The notes: generated by a model from the letters alone, not told the origin. Positions 38,958 to 49,935 are shown, counted from the first letter of the stretch. The stretch: DNA of 64,000 nucleotides from Gemmatimonadota bacterium (GCA_039588295.1 JBDHAB010000006.1:32001-96000), one strand, 5' to 3'. Program-made: numbers and translations.

Positions 38958-39158
38958 ATGGACGAGCCAACCCCCTTGATGGGCAGGGTGGTAGGGGGTG
39001 AGCGTGTCGCCCGGTGCCAGGCGGCCCTGTTGCGCCTGAGCACCGCGATCGCGGCAGCGCCACACGAAGACATCTGTCACAGCCAGTCTCCGGCGGATCT
39101 GGTCGAAGAAATCCGCGGTCTCGTTGCCGCCGCGACTGCGCGGGAGTCCGCGTCGTGA
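38958..39158 (+). pseudogene. internally deleted remnant of a paralogous GAF sensor kinase
   Basis: [14 protein letters not shown] nearly duplicates the N-terminus of the next gene ([14 protein letters not shown]). Its stop overlaps that gene's GTG (GTGA). Confidence 0.6.
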
Positions 39159-41806
39159 CCGGGAATCGCTCCGGGGCTCCCGTGAACGGCGACGTGGAGC
39201 GCCGTGCGCTTCAGCGACGGCAAGCGGCGCTGCTGCGTCTCTCGACGGCCATCGTCGCGGCGCATGACGAGGCGGAAGTGTATCGCTCGATGGTCCAGGG
39301 CCTCCAGGATGAAGCGCTGGGATACAACTTCCTTGGCGTCTTCATCATCGAACCCGCCACGGGCGACCGGCTGCTCCAAGCCAGTGTCGGCTGGCCGGAC
39401 GGTCCGCACCATATGCGCGTGCGGCATGGCGAGGGACTCAGTCAACGCGCCATCGACGACGGGCAGGTGCACTACACGCCAGACGTGACGCGAGAGGCCG
39501 GGTACCTTCCCAGCCTCGCCAGCGGCTCCGAGGTCGACGTCCCGTTGCGGGTCGATGGGCAAACTATCGGGGTCCTGGTGGTCGAGAGCAACGAGCCCAA
39601 CGCGTTTGGCGAGGAAGACTTCGAGATCCTGACGGCCGCGGCAAACCAGGCGAGCATCGCGATCGGCCGGGCTCGGCTCCTCAGCGCCGAACGGCGGAGG
39701 GCTGACGAGCACGAGGCGCTGCTGGATACCATGCGGGACCTCGCCGGGGAGCTCGAGCTTCCGAAGGTCCTCCAGGCCGTGCTGGAGCGCGCGGTGACGC
39801 TGCTCGGCGTGACGGGAGGTGAGGTGGCGATCTACGACGACGACCGAAAAGAACTCGTTGTCGTGGCGAGCGAACACATCGGCAAGGACTCGACCGGAAC
39901 GCGATTGGCGCTAGGAGAGGGCGCCATGGGGGCCGTGGCTGAGTCCTTGGAGCCGCTCATCATTCCGTCGTATCACGAGTGGATGGGTCAGTCGGTGCAG
40001 TACGCCGACGTTATGGTGCACTCGGTGATGGCCGCACCACTCCTCATCGGACGGCGGCTTGTAGGAGCGATTGCCACGGTCCATTCCGATCCAGATCGGG
40101 TGTTTGGAGCCGAGGACCTGCGGCTGCTCAATCAGTTCGCGCCCCAGGCCGCGATTGCCATCGAAAACGCTCGGCTGTTTGCGGCCGAGCGCAAGCGGGC
40201 CGAAGAGCAGAAAGCACTGCTGGACACCATGCAGGATCTCGCGGGGGAACTCGAGCTCTCCAAGGTCTTGCAGGCGGTGCTGGCGCGCGCCGTCACACTG
40301 CTCGGCGTGACCGGCGGTGAGGTTGCCATCTACGACGAGGCCACCCAACAGCTGGAGGTCGTCGCGAGCGAGCAGATCGGTAAGGATTCAACGGGGACCC
40401 GGCTCAGGCTGGGTGAGGGAGCCATGGGGGCGGTAGCCGAATCGCTGGAGCCCCTGATCATCCCGTCGTATCACGAGTGGTTGGGGCAATCGGCGCAATA
40501 CGCCGACGTCACGGTCCATTCGGTGATGGCGGCGCCGCTCCTCATTGGGCGTCGCCTGGTTGGGGCGATCGCGACGGTCCATTCCGATCCCACACGGGTG
40601 TTTGGGCCGGAAGACCTGCGATTGTTGCACGTGTTTGCGCCCCAGGCCGGCATCGCGATTGAAAACGCGCGATTATACATGGCGGCGCAGCAGCAGAAGC
40701 AGTACTTCGAAACGCTGGTGTCGAACAGCCCGGTGGCAATCGTCACGCTGGACCGCGACCACAATATCGTGTCCTGCAATCCGGCGTTCGAGACGCTGTT
40801 CGGCTACCTGAAGTCCGAGGCGGTTGGCCGCAAACTCGATGAGCTCATCACGACGGAGTCAACGAAGTCTGAAGCCGTGGCATACACGCGTGAAGCACTC
40901 GACCACGCCGTGCATGGCATTGGACGGAGGCGACGTAAGGATCGTTCGCTGGTGGATGTGGAGGTCTTGGGTGTTCCGGTGATCGTCGACGGCAAGCGTG
41001 TCGGGCTCATGGGGCTCTACCACGACATCAGCGAACTGTCACGTGCCCGTCGCGATGCAGAAGCGGCGAGTCACGCCAAGAGCCAGTTTCTCGCGAGCAT
41101 GAGCCACGAGCTCCGCACACCGCTCAACGCGATTATCGGGTATTCCGAGATGCTGCAGGAAGAGGTCGAGGAAATGGGCCACAAGGAGCTTGGATTCGAC
41201 CTGCAGAAGATCCACACGGCCGGAAGACATCTCCTTTCCCTCATCAACAATGTGCTCGACCTCTCGAAGATCGAGGCGGGTAAGATGGATCTCTTCTTGG
41301 AAACCTTCGACATCGGCGACATGCTGAACGATGTCGTGACGACGGTCCGGCCGCTGGTGGACAAGAACCGGAATGAGCTCACGGTTCGCGGCGGGGACGA
41401 TCTGGGAAGCATGCATGCCGATCTCACAAAGGTCCGTCAGATGCTCCTCAACTTGTTGTCCAACGCCTGCAAGTTCACCGAAGAGGGAACGATCTTACTG
41501 GCGGTCGAGCGAGAACGATCGGCAACCGCCGACGAAGGCATGATGCTCTTCGAGGTGGCCGATGACGGAATTGGCATGACGCCAGCGCAGATGGACAAGC
41601 TCTTCGAGGCGTTTTCTCAGGCTGAGGCGTCCACGACGAGCAAGTACGGCGGCTCGGGTCTTGGACTGGCGATCACCAGGCGGTTCTGTCACATGATGGG
41701 TGGCGATGTCCAGGTGGCGAGCACTCCCGGGCGAGGATCGACGTTCTCCATCAGGTTGCCGGTGCGGGTCGATGTGTCCGCGGCGGCAGCGGCATTACCG
41801 GAGTAA
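39155..41806 (+). CDS. cytoplasmic sensor histidine kinase GAF-GAF-GAF-PAS-HisKA-HATPase
   Basis: Three GAF domains, PAS ([11 protein letters not shown]), H-box [41 protein letters not shown]. Confidence 0.93.
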   Translation: MTGNRSGAPVNGDVERRALQRRQAALLRLSTAIVAAHDEAEVYRSMVQGLQDEALGYNFLGVFIIEPATGDRLLQASVGWPDGPHHMRVRHGEGLSQRAIDDGQVHYTPDVTREAGYLPSLASGSEVDVPLRVDGQTIGVLVVESNEPNAFGEEDFEILTAAANQASIAIGRARLLSAERRRADEHEALLDTMRDLAGELELPKVLQAVLERAVTLLGVTGGEVAIYDDDRKELVVVASEHIGKDSTGTRLALGEGAMGAVAESLEPLIIPSYHEWMGQSVQYADVMVHSVMAAPLLIGRRLVGAIATVHSDPDRVFGAEDLRLLNQFAPQAAIAIENARLFAAERKRAEEQKALLDTMQDLAGELELSKVLQAVLARAVTLLGVTGGEVAIYDEATQQLEVVASEQIGKDSTGTRLRLGEGAMGAVAESLEPLIIPSYHEWLGQSAQYADVTVHSVMAAPLLIGRRLVGAIATVHSDPTRVFGPEDLRLLHVFAPQAGIAIENARLYMAAQQQKQYFETLVSNSPVAIVTLDRDHNIVSCNPAFETLFGYLKSEAVGRKLDELITTESTKSEAVAYTREALDHAVHGIGRRRRKDRSLVDVEVLGVPVIVDGKRVGLMGLYHDISELSRARRDAEAASHAKSQFLASMSHELRTPLNAIIGYSEMLQEEVEEMGHKELGFDLQKIHTAGRHLLSLINNVLDLSKIEAGKMDLFLETFDIGDMLNDVVTTVRPLVDKNRNELTVRGGDDLGSMHADLTKVRQMLLNLLSNACKFTEEGTILLAVERERSATADEGMMLFEVADDGIGMTPAQMDKLFEAFSQAEASTTSKYGGSGLGLAITRRFCHMMGGDVQVASTPGRGSTFSIRLPVRVDVSAAAAALPE
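39716..40675 (+). repeat. intragenic tandem duplication of a GAF module (period 498 bp)
   Basis: Copies start at 39716 and 40214. Hand count gives 19 differences in 154 aligned residues. Confidence 0.9.
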
Positions 41807-41823
41807 CCACGGAGGCCGGATCG

Positions 41824-42195
41824 ATGGCGCGCATCCTGTTGGTCGAGGACAACGAGATGAACCGCGACATGCTGTCGCGGCGGCTCACCCGCAGAGGCTA
41901 TGATGTCACCATGGCCGTTGATGGACGTCAGGGCGTTGAGATGGCGCGAAGTGGGGCGTATGACCTGATTCTCATGGACATGAGCCTTCCGGAGATCGAC
42001 GGTTGGGAGGCGACACGACGGCTCAGAGCAGCACCCGAGACACAGACTGTTCCCATCATCGCTCTGACCGCGCACGCCATGGCCGGCGATCGTGAGAAGG
42101 CCATTGAGGCGGGCTGTGACGATTACGATACCAAGCCCATTGAGCTCAAACGGCTGCTCTTGAAAATCGAGGCCCTGCTCCCGAGAGACGCGTGA
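41824..42195 (+). CDS. single-domain response regulator (DivK/CheY-like)
   Basis: LLVEDN, LILMDMSLPEIDG, ALTAHAM, TKP. Confidence 0.93.
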   Translation: MARILLVEDNEMNRDMLSRRLTRRGYDVTMAVDGRQGVEMARSGAYDLILMDMSLPEIDGWEATRRLRAAPETQTVPIIALTAHAMAGDREKAIEAGCDDYDTKPIELKRLLLKIEALLPRDA

Positions 42196-44123
42196 CCGAT
42201 TTGCGACCGCAGACGATCTCGGATCTCCGGCACGATCTCCGGACGCCCGTGAATCACATCGTGGGCTATGCCGAGATGCTCCTTGAAGATGCCGTCGAGG
42301 CGAAGCAGGTGGAACGCCGCCAGGCGCTCGAAGTGGCAATTGGTGCGGCACAGGACGTGCTGAGCCTCATCAACACGGCGCTTCCGCCATCGCGTGACGA
42401 GATTCCGCCGCAGGACATCGTCGGCCTGTACGACTCCCTCCGCGAGCCGCAGGGCCGTATCCTCGCGTCGATGCAGCATCTTCTCGCGCAAGTGGGGACC
42501 GCGGACGACGGTCTTCGCAAGGACATCGCACGGATCATTGCTGCCGCCGAACGCATGGTCGAGCGCGGCGCGCCCGGTTCGGCAGTGTCCGAGACCGCGC
42601 AACCGCACGCGACCCAACCCCAGGAGCCGCCTCCACGGGTTGAGGCGGCAGATTCCACGAGCAGTGCGCGTGTGCTCGTTGTAGACGATGTCGACGACAA
42701 CCGCGAGGTGCTGCGCCGTCGCCTCGAGCGTCAGGGCTACGGAGTCGATTCGGCTGCGAATGGACGCGAAGCACTCGAGATGGTGGCGGCAGGTGACTAT
42801 GATCTGATCCTCCTCGACGTACTCATGCCCGAGATCGATGGCTATGGAGTTCTCGGATCCCTCAAGGACACTCCAGGAACGCGTGACATACCGGTCATCA
42901 TGATCTCCGCGCTCGACGATGTGGCGAGTGTCGTGCGGTGTATCGAGCGGGGCGCCGAGGACTATCTGCCGAAACCGTTCGATCCCGTGTTGCTCCGAGC
43001 GCGCATCAGTGCCTGCCTCGAGAAGAAGCGGCTGCGTGATCAGGAGGTGGAATACCTAGAGCGCGTCCAGCAGGTGATCGAAGCCGCCTCCGCGGTGGAG
43101 GCCGGGGAGTATCAGCTCGGCACCTTGGGTGACCTCGCCAACCGTGCGGATGCGTTGGGGAGGCTCGCGCGCGTGTTCGACGGCATGGCCGTGGAGGTCC
43201 GTGCTCGCGAGGAACGGCTCCAAGAGCGTGTGCACGACCTGCGCAGGGAAATCGAGGCGGCGCGAGTGACGGCCCCCAACGGCCATTCCGTCGATGGGGG
43301 GAATCTCAAGACCGGACAGCAGTTCGCTGGAAGGTATGAGATCCTTGCGGTACTGGGGTCTGGTGGGATGGGGTCCGTCTACCATGCACGCGATGTGGAA
43401 CTCGGGGACGAGGTCGCTGTCAAGACGCTCCGGCCGGAACTGGTCACCGATGAAACCCTGATCGAGCGCTTCAAGCTGGAAATCAGGCTCGCCCGCAAGC
43501 TGTCGCACCGCAACGTCGTGCGGACGCACGACCTCGGCCAGTGGGCGGGCGTGTACTACCTGACGATGGAGCTCGTCGAGGGCATTACCGTCCGGCATCT
43601 CATTGACACGCGGGGGCAGCTGGGGGTCTCCGCCTCTCTCGCGATCGGGGCTCAACTCGCTGAGGCGCTCCAGGTCGCCCACGAGCAAGGTGTGATCCAC
43701 CGCGACATCAAGCCGCAGAACCTCCTGCTGGACGCCGACGCGGTGCTCAAGGTGATGGACTTTGGCATCGCGCAGCTGGCCGAACGTACGAGCTCGATTA
43801 CGGAAACCGGACTCACGGTGGGGACACCGGCGTACATGCCGCCGGAACAGCTGCTTGCCGAAGGAGTGGACGGGCGGAGCGACCTCTATGCTGCCGGGGT
43901 CGTGCTGTACGAATGTCTGACCGGGACGATTCCGTTCGAAGCACCATCGCCGATCGCACTCATCGCAAAGGTCTTGAACCAGGAACCCGCGCCACCGGCC
44001 GCGCGCAACCCGGATGTGCCGCCGGCGCTCTCGGCTCTCGTGCAGCAGCTTCTCGCAAAGAAGCCGCAGGACCGGATCCAGTCGGCCGCCGAGCTCGCCT
44101 CGCGACTACACGAACTGCACTAG
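42192..44123 (+). CDS. HisKA-REC-(HAMP-like)-Ser/Thr kinase fusion protein
   Basis: HDLRTPVNHIVGYAEML; VLVVDD..LLDVLMP..KP; LGSGGMG, VAVK, HRDIKPQN, DFG, GTPAYMPPE. Confidence 0.88.
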   Translation: MTDLRPQTISDLRHDLRTPVNHIVGYAEMLLEDAVEAKQVERRQALEVAIGAAQDVLSLINTALPPSRDEIPPQDIVGLYDSLREPQGRILASMQHLLAQVGTADDGLRKDIARIIAAAERMVERGAPGSAVSETAQPHATQPQEPPPRVEAADSTSSARVLVVDDVDDNREVLRRRLERQGYGVDSAANGREALEMVAAGDYDLILLDVLMPEIDGYGVLGSLKDTPGTRDIPVIMISALDDVASVVRCIERGAEDYLPKPFDPVLLRARISACLEKKRLRDQEVEYLERVQQVIEAASAVEAGEYQLGTLGDLANRADALGRLARVFDGMAVEVRAREERLQERVHDLRREIEAARVTAPNGHSVDGGNLKTGQQFAGRYEILAVLGSGGMGSVYHARDVELGDEVAVKTLRPELVTDETLIERFKLEIRLARKLSHRNVVRTHDLGQWAGVYYLTMELVEGITVRHLIDTRGQLGVSASLAIGAQLAEALQVAHEQGVIHRDIKPQNLLLDADAVLKVMDFGIAQLAERTSSITETGLTVGTPAYMPPEQLLAEGVDGRSDLYAAGVVLYECLTGTIPFEAPSPIALIAKVLNQEPAPPAARNPDVPPALSALVQQLLAKKPQDRIQSAAELASRLHELH

Positions 44124-44153
44124 GCTGCGTCCGAACTCGGAGTTCGCCGGCGG

Positions 44154-46472
44154 CTAGGACCGCGCGATCGGGGCGCCGAGGCAGGTATTGGGAATGCCGA
44201 ATGCGTCCACCAAGGCCACCGCGTCGGTGCGAACTTCACCGCAGAGCTGGTTCACGAGCCCCCGGATCGCCTTCGCCTTGTTCGATGCGAGGTACCCGCT
44301 CTCCAGAAACCACCCACGGTCGTGTTCGATACGCCAGAGGGCGTAGAGATCGGCCAGGGATTTGAGTATGGGGCCGAACGATTTGTCCTGGTTTGCCGCG
44401 GACGCGATCAGGAACTGCTCGACGATCACTCGTTCGGCGTGGGCGCGCGCCAGGGCGACAAGGTGATCCTGGCAGCTGTTGAACGCCGACAGCGAGTCGT
44501 GTCCGTCGTCGAACAGGCGCTTGAGTCGTTGCGCCGCCGATGCCAGGAGGCGCTGTTCACGGTACGTGAATGCGCCGAGTTGGAAGTCCGGGCCGCGCAG
44601 GTGGTCCTCGTCGGTCAGCCGGGTAATGATCGGGTTCAACTCCGTAACCGTCGTCGCGGTTCGCCGCGCCAGGAACTTGAGGACGCCGAAGAACTTGAGC
44701 TCGCCGAATTGGTGCCGATATTCGGTGAGCAGGCCCTTCGCAACGAGCTGGAGTAGGACGGTGTTGTCGCCCTCGAACGTGGTGAACACATCGGTATCGG
44801 CCTTGAGGTGCGCGAAGCGATTGACCGTGAGGTACCCCTGGCCCCCGCATGCCTCGCGGCACGTCTGAAGGGTATCGATCGTCTGCCAGGTGCTGATCGC
44901 CTTGATCCCGGCCGCCAGCGCTTCCACCTCCCGCGCGTCTTCGTCTGTCCGATCGAGGAACCGCCGCACCAGGTACTTGACGGCGAAGTCGAGCGCATAG
45001 GCGGCTGCGAGGCGTGGCATGAGCCGACGCTGGTGGGTCAGGTAGTCGAGGATTACCTGTTCCGGTTCGCCGGCACGGCCGAATTGCCGACGCTCCGCGC
45101 CGTAGCGGATCGCGATCGCGAGCCCCGATTTGGCAGCGCTCAGCGCCGCCGCTGCGACGCTGATCCGCCCACCGACGAGGGATCCGAGCATGGTGAAGAA
45201 CCTTCGAGAGGGGTCGGCGATCGGGCTGTGGTATTCGCCGCCTGGGCTCACGTCCGCGAAGCGATTCAGCAGGTTCTCGCGCGGGATGCGCACGTGGTCG
45301 AACCAGATCCGCCCATTGTCGACGCCGTTGAGTCCGAGCTTTTCCCCGCAGTCCTCGATTCGCACTCCCGGCAGTTGGTCGCCGTCTTCCGAGCGGATGG
45401 GCACGACGAACGCGTGTACCCCGTGGTGCTCCTCGTCTATTTCGAGTTGGGCGAACACCGTGGCGAGACGACCATGGAGCGCTGCATTCCCAATGTAGTC
45501 CTTCCGCGCCTCGTCGGTCGGTGTGTGGATCACGAACTCGTCGCTGCCGATGTCGAACCGCGCGACGGTTTCGACATCGCGCACGTTGGAGCCGTGACCC
45601 GTCTCAGTCATGGCGAAACAGCCTGGCAGGTCGAGGGTTCCGGCGGCGTGGAGGTAGCGATCGTGGTGGTCACGCGTGCCCAGCTGGTGGATACTGCCGC
45701 CGAACAACCCGAACTGGACGCCGAACTTGACGACGAGGCTGAGGTCAAAGAAGGCGAGTTGCTCGAACGTGGCGATGAACGACCCGAGGTCGTCTCTCCC
45801 GCCGTACGCCGCTGGGTAAGCGGTGGCGCCGAGGCTGTGGCCGGCAAGTGTGCGGCACCACTCCAGGACGCGCTCGCGGTAGGTTGCCTTGTCGAGTCCG
45901 TACGCATAGCGAAAGGAAGCCTTCCCTAGCAGAGAACGGACCGCCTGCCGCGCCTCTCCATATTCCCCATCCAATACTCCCGTCAAGCCTGCCACATCGA
46001 ATCGGCGGGGCTCCTCCGGGGGCACGACGCGCTCCGGCGCCGCGGCAACCAGCTCCTGTGAGGCCTCGGTCCCGATCACGCCCATGGCACGCTCAATCTC
46101 GGCGAGGGCGTGTTGCGCCTCCTCCGTCTCCCAATCGCCAAGATCTTCTGCGCCCTGGCGTGCCAGCTCGATCCCCAACTCTGCCAGCGATCGCCGCCGC
46201 GCACTTGGCAGGCGTCGGGCGAGTCGTCGAATCGTCCCTAAGAGGTGCTGGAGCTCTCGCGCCGTCGGCGGCGACTGAGGGTCCAGCCAGGCACGGATGA
46301 CGCGTTGCACATCGGCGCCGAGCCAGCCCTGTTTGGCCACGATCTCCGAGATCACCTGCATCTCGCTCATGGTGAGCGTGCAGTCCGCCCATGCCACGTA
46401 GATCAGGGGAAGCAGGGGGAGGAGAGCGGGGTCAATCCGATCCGGCATGCGTGGTGGGTGTTCCTGCGCCAT
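44154..46472 (-). CDS. acyl-CoA oxidase/dehydrogenase family protein with an N-terminal TerB-like domain
   Basis: GCFAMTETGHGSNV, GLNGVDNG, CREACGGQGY, TFEGDNTVL; N-terminal YVAWAD. ATG 46472 has a GGAG RBS. Confidence 0.88.
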   Translation of the reverse strand: MAQEHPPRMPDRIDPALLPLLPLIYVAWADCTLTMSEMQVISEIVAKQGWLGADVQRVIRAWLDPQSPPTARELQHLLGTIRRLARRLPSARRRSLAELGIELARQGAEDLGDWETEEAQHALAEIERAMGVIGTEASQELVAAAPERVVPPEEPRRFDVAGLTGVLDGEYGEARQAVRSLLGKASFRYAYGLDKATYRERVLEWCRTLAGHSLGATAYPAAYGGRDDLGSFIATFEQLAFFDLSLVVKFGVQFGLFGGSIHQLGTRDHHDRYLHAAGTLDLPGCFAMTETGHGSNVRDVETVARFDIGSDEFVIHTPTDEARKDYIGNAALHGRLATVFAQLEIDEEHHGVHAFVVPIRSEDGDQLPGVRIEDCGEKLGLNGVDNGRIWFDHVRIPRENLLNRFADVSPGGEYHSPIADPSRRFFTMLGSLVGGRISVAAAALSAAKSGLAIAIRYGAERRQFGRAGEPEQVILDYLTHQRRLMPRLAAAYALDFAVKYLVRRFLDRTDEDAREVEALAAGIKAISTWQTIDTLQTCREACGGQGYLTVNRFAHLKADTDVFTTFEGDNTVLLQLVAKGLLTEYRHQFGELKFFGVLKFLARRTATTVTELNPIITRLTDEDHLRGPDFQLGAFTYREQRLLASAAQRLKRLFDDGHDSLSAFNSCQDHLVALARAHAERVIVEQFLIASAANQDKSFGPILKSLADLYALWRIEHDRGWFLESGYLASNKAKAIRGLVNQLCGEVRTDAVALVDAFGIPNTCLGAPIARS

Positions 46473-46577
46473 GTGCGTGCTCCGTTCCGTCATCGCCGTG
46501 GAGATAGCCCGGTCACCTGGCCTACGATACGCGTGGACCGTATTGTACACCGTCGATCGATTCGGAGACTATGGCAC

Positions 46578-48815
46578 GTGCCCGAGTTGTTGCAACAGGT
46601 CAAGCTTGCCCTCGCCAGCCGTTATGCTGTTGAGCGGGCCCTCGGCCAGGGGGGGATGGCGAGCGTGTTTCTCGCCGAAGACTTGAAGCACGGGCGGCAG
46701 GTGGCCGTCAAGGTCATCCGACCGGAACTCACGCTGACCATCGGGATGGACCGGTTTCTACGGGAGATCGGCATCGCCTCGCGTCTCAGCCACCCGCACA
46801 TCCTTCCCGTGTACGATTCCGGTGAGGCGTCCCGGCTCATGTATTACGTGATGCCCTACGTTGCCGGCGAGTCCCTCCGCATGCTGCTGGACCGGGTTAC
46901 GCGGCTGGAGGTGGATGAGGCGGTACAGATCGCGTCGGAGGTGGCTGGGGCGTTGGCCCACGCGCATGCGCACCACGTGATTCATCGCGACATCAAACCG
47001 GCGAACATTCTTCTCTCAGACGGGCATGCGGTCGTCGTGGATTTCGGCGTTGCACGGGCGATCGGCGATGTGGGGAGAGAGTCGATTACGGCACCGGGCA
47101 TCGCCGTGGGTACGCCGTCGTACATGAGTCCCGAGCAGGCGAGTGGTGAGCGGCAGCTCGACGGTCGCAGTGACATCTACTCGCTTGGCTGTGTGCTCTT
47201 TGAGATGCTGGTCGGCGAGCCACCGTATACGGGCCCCAGCACTCACGCGGTGATTGCGAAGTGCTTCTCGCAGCCGACGCCGTCCGCCCGTGCGGAGCGC
47301 CGCAAAGTACCGATCCACGTCGACCGCGCGATTGCCCGAGCGCTCGCGAAGGTTCCGGCCGAGCGCTTCTCGACCGCGACCGAGTTCGCCGACGCACTGT
47401 CCGATCCGGGTGCCCTGCCGCCACCGCCGGCTCCGACGTCCATCGCGGTCCTGCCGTTCGTCAACCTACAGGGCGATCAGGAAGACGACTACCTGAGCGA
47501 CGGCATCACTGAAGAGATCATCAGCGCTCTGAGCAAGCTGCAAGGCCTGCGGGTAGCAGCCCGGACCTCCTCGTTCGCCTATAAGGGCACGTCTGAGAGC
47601 ATACCCCGCATCGGCACCGAGCTCGGGGTTGCTGCGGTGCTGGACGGCACCGTTCGCCGTTCGGGTGACCGTCTGCGCGTGTCCGCGCAGCTCACGAACG
47701 TGAGCGAAGGATATCCGCTCTGGGCCGAGCAGTTTGATCGGGAGATGGAGGATGTATTTGCGATCCAGGACGAGATCGCCGGGGCGATTGTCGCGACCCT
47801 GAAGGGGCGCCTGGCGGCCGAGCGGCGCGAGCGCATCGTGAAACGCTACACGGAGAATGTCGAGGCGTACGAGCTGTACCTCAAGGGGCGTTATGTCGAG
47901 AAGACTCGGCGGCCGGCGGGGTTTGCCAAGGGAATCGAGTACTTCGAGCAAGCGATCGCCAAGGACCCCCATTACGCCCTCGCGCATGCAGGACTGGCCG
48001 ACTCGCACACCCTGCTTGCGTGGTACCGGTTCCTCGCTCCCCACGAGGCGTTTCCCAAAGCGAACATCGCTGCGATGCGTGCGCTCGATATCGACGAGCT
48101 TCTACCCGAGGCGCATACGGCGCAGGCTCAGGTCAGATTCTACTACGAGTGGGATTGGAATGGTGCGGAGCGGGCATTCTCCCGCGCCCTGGAGCTGAAC
48201 CCGAACGACGCGACGGCCCTCCACCTGTATGCGGAGTACCTCGCGTCCCAGCGCCGCCTGAACGAGGCATTGGCCCACGTGCAGCGCGGTCACATGCTGG
48301 AGCCACTGTCGCCGACGATCAACGCCGGCCTGGGGTGGATGCACTACTTCTGTCGGGATTATGGACAGGCGATTGAGCACTTTCGCAGCACGCTGGAGCT
48401 GGATCCCGAGTACGTCTTTCTGCACTGGTTTCTCGGCCAATGCTACCTGTTGAGCGGGGAGTATGATACGGCCGTCGACACGCTGCGCCGTGGGCTGGAG
48501 GTGAGCGACGGCCATCCCGGCATGGCGGCGTATCTGTCGTACGCCTGCGGTCGGGCCGGCGACCGCGCGGAGGCCTCAGTGTTGCTGGATTCCCTCGTGC
48601 AGCAGGCCGTCGAGCACTATGTCCCGAGTGATTACCTCGCCGTTGCGCATGTGGGTCTCGGACAACTGGACGACGCGATTCGCTGGCTGGAGCGCGCATG
48701 CCGGGAGCGCGCACTGCATCTCGTGTTTCTCGATGTCGACCCGCTGTTCGACGAGCTCCGAGCGGACGAGCGCTTCACCCGAATCCTGCAGAACCTTGGA
48801 CTGAAGCGAGGCTAG
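46578..48815 (+). CDS. Ser/Thr protein kinase with TolB_N-like and TPR domains
   Basis: GQGGMA, VAVK, HRDIKPAN, DFG, GTPSYMSPE, SIAVLPFVN, TPR repeats. Paralogue of 20324..22495. Confidence 0.9.
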   Translation: MPELLQQVKLALASRYAVERALGQGGMASVFLAEDLKHGRQVAVKVIRPELTLTIGMDRFLREIGIASRLSHPHILPVYDSGEASRLMYYVMPYVAGESLRMLLDRVTRLEVDEAVQIASEVAGALAHAHAHHVIHRDIKPANILLSDGHAVVVDFGVARAIGDVGRESITAPGIAVGTPSYMSPEQASGERQLDGRSDIYSLGCVLFEMLVGEPPYTGPSTHAVIAKCFSQPTPSARAERRKVPIHVDRAIARALAKVPAERFSTATEFADALSDPGALPPPPAPTSIAVLPFVNLQGDQEDDYLSDGITEEIISALSKLQGLRVAARTSSFAYKGTSESIPRIGTELGVAAVLDGTVRRSGDRLRVSAQLTNVSEGYPLWAEQFDREMEDVFAIQDEIAGAIVATLKGRLAAERRERIVKRYTENVEAYELYLKGRYVEKTRRPAGFAKGIEYFEQAIAKDPHYALAHAGLADSHTLLAWYRFLAPHEAFPKANIAAMRALDIDELLPEAHTAQAQVRFYYEWDWNGAERAFSRALELNPNDATALHLYAEYLASQRRLNEALAHVQRGHMLEPLSPTINAGLGWMHYFCRDYGQAIEHFRSTLELDPEYVFLHWFLGQCYLLSGEYDTAVDTLRRGLEVSDGHPGMAAYLSYACGRAGDRAEASVLLDSLVQQAVEHYVPSDYLAVAHVGLGQLDDAIRWLERACRERALHLVFLDVDPLFDELRADERFTRILQNLGLKRG

Positions 48816-48817
48816 GG

Positions 48818-49918
48818 ATGCCGATACGCGCGGTGGTCATGACGCGACCCGAAACGCCATTGGAGCAATGGGATCTCGACGATCCGCTGCTGGAGGATGG
48901 AAGCATGCTTCTCGAGACGGTCGCGAGCGAGGTGTGCGGGACGGACGTGCACCTGTACCACGGTCGTCTCGAAGGGGTGCCGTACCCGATCGTACCGGGC
49001 CACGTGAGTGTCGGGCGCATTCTCGAGTTGCAGGGTGTCGACCACGACGCCATGGGGCAGCCACTGCGTGTCGGAGACGAGGTCACGTTCTACGACGTCC
49101 ACGAGGTGTGTAACGCCTGCTACCATTGCACCGTGGTGCAGCAGCCGAACCGGTGTCCCAGTCGCCGAGTTTACGGGATCACGTACTCCGCGACCGAGGG
49201 TCCGTTGGGTGGTTGGGCCGAGCGGATCTATCTCAAGCCGGGTGTGCGGGCGCTCAGGCTACCCGAGGGGCTCACGTCGGACGACGTCATCGGCGGTGGG
49301 TGCGGGCTCTTTACGGGGTTTGCGGCGGTGGAGCGAAGCGATCTCGCGATGGGCGACTTCGTCGTGGTACAGGGTGCCGGTCCCGTCGGGCTGGGCGCGG
49401 CGGCGTTTGCAGCGCTCAGGGGCGCGCATACGGTTGCCCTGATCGGTGCGCCACAGGCGCGACTCGACCTGGCGAAAAAGTTGGGTGCGGACGTGGTCCT
49501 TTCGTTGGACCGGCCCATGGAAGAGCGTGCCGCCGTGGTGCGGTCCCTCACGTCGGGCCGCGGGGCAGACGTGATCATCGAGGCAAGCGGGAACCCACTG
49601 GCCATCACCGAGGCACTCGAGCTCTTGCGCGACGGCGGAACCTACGTCGTCGGCGGGCACTACACCGATACCGGGACGGTCGCGATCAACCCGCATACCC
49701 ACATCAATCGGCGCCACGCGAACATCCTCGGCCAGTGGGGCACGGATTTTCGGCACATCGTCCGAGCGCTGCGCCTCCTGGCCAAGCACCGGGACCGCCT
49801 GCGGTTCAGTCAGATCATCGGTGCACGATATGGGTTGGCGCAGGCGGAGAATGCTCTGCAGGATGTCGCGGCGCTACGCGTGACCAAGGCGATCATCGAC
49901 CCCTCGCTCGGGCGGTGA
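48818..49918 (+). CDS. Zn-binding medium-chain dehydrogenase
   Basis: CGTDVH, GHVSVG, CNACYHC..C, QGAGPVG. Confidence 0.88.
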   Translation: MPIRAVVMTRPETPLEQWDLDDPLLEDGSMLLETVASEVCGTDVHLYHGRLEGVPYPIVPGHVSVGRILELQGVDHDAMGQPLRVGDEVTFYDVHEVCNACYHCTVVQQPNRCPSRRVYGITYSATEGPLGGWAERIYLKPGVRALRLPEGLTSDDVIGGGCGLFTGFAAVERSDLAMGDFVVVQGAGPVGLGAAAFAALRGAHTVALIGAPQARLDLAKKLGADVVLSLDRPMEERAAVVRSLTSGRGADVIIEASGNPLAITEALELLRDGGTYVVGGHYTDTGTVAINPHTHINRRHANILGQWGTDFRHIVRALRLLAKHRDRLRFSQIIGARYGLAQAENALQDVAALRVTKAIIDPSLGR

Positions 49919-49935
49919 GTCTCCAGTTCGCGACG

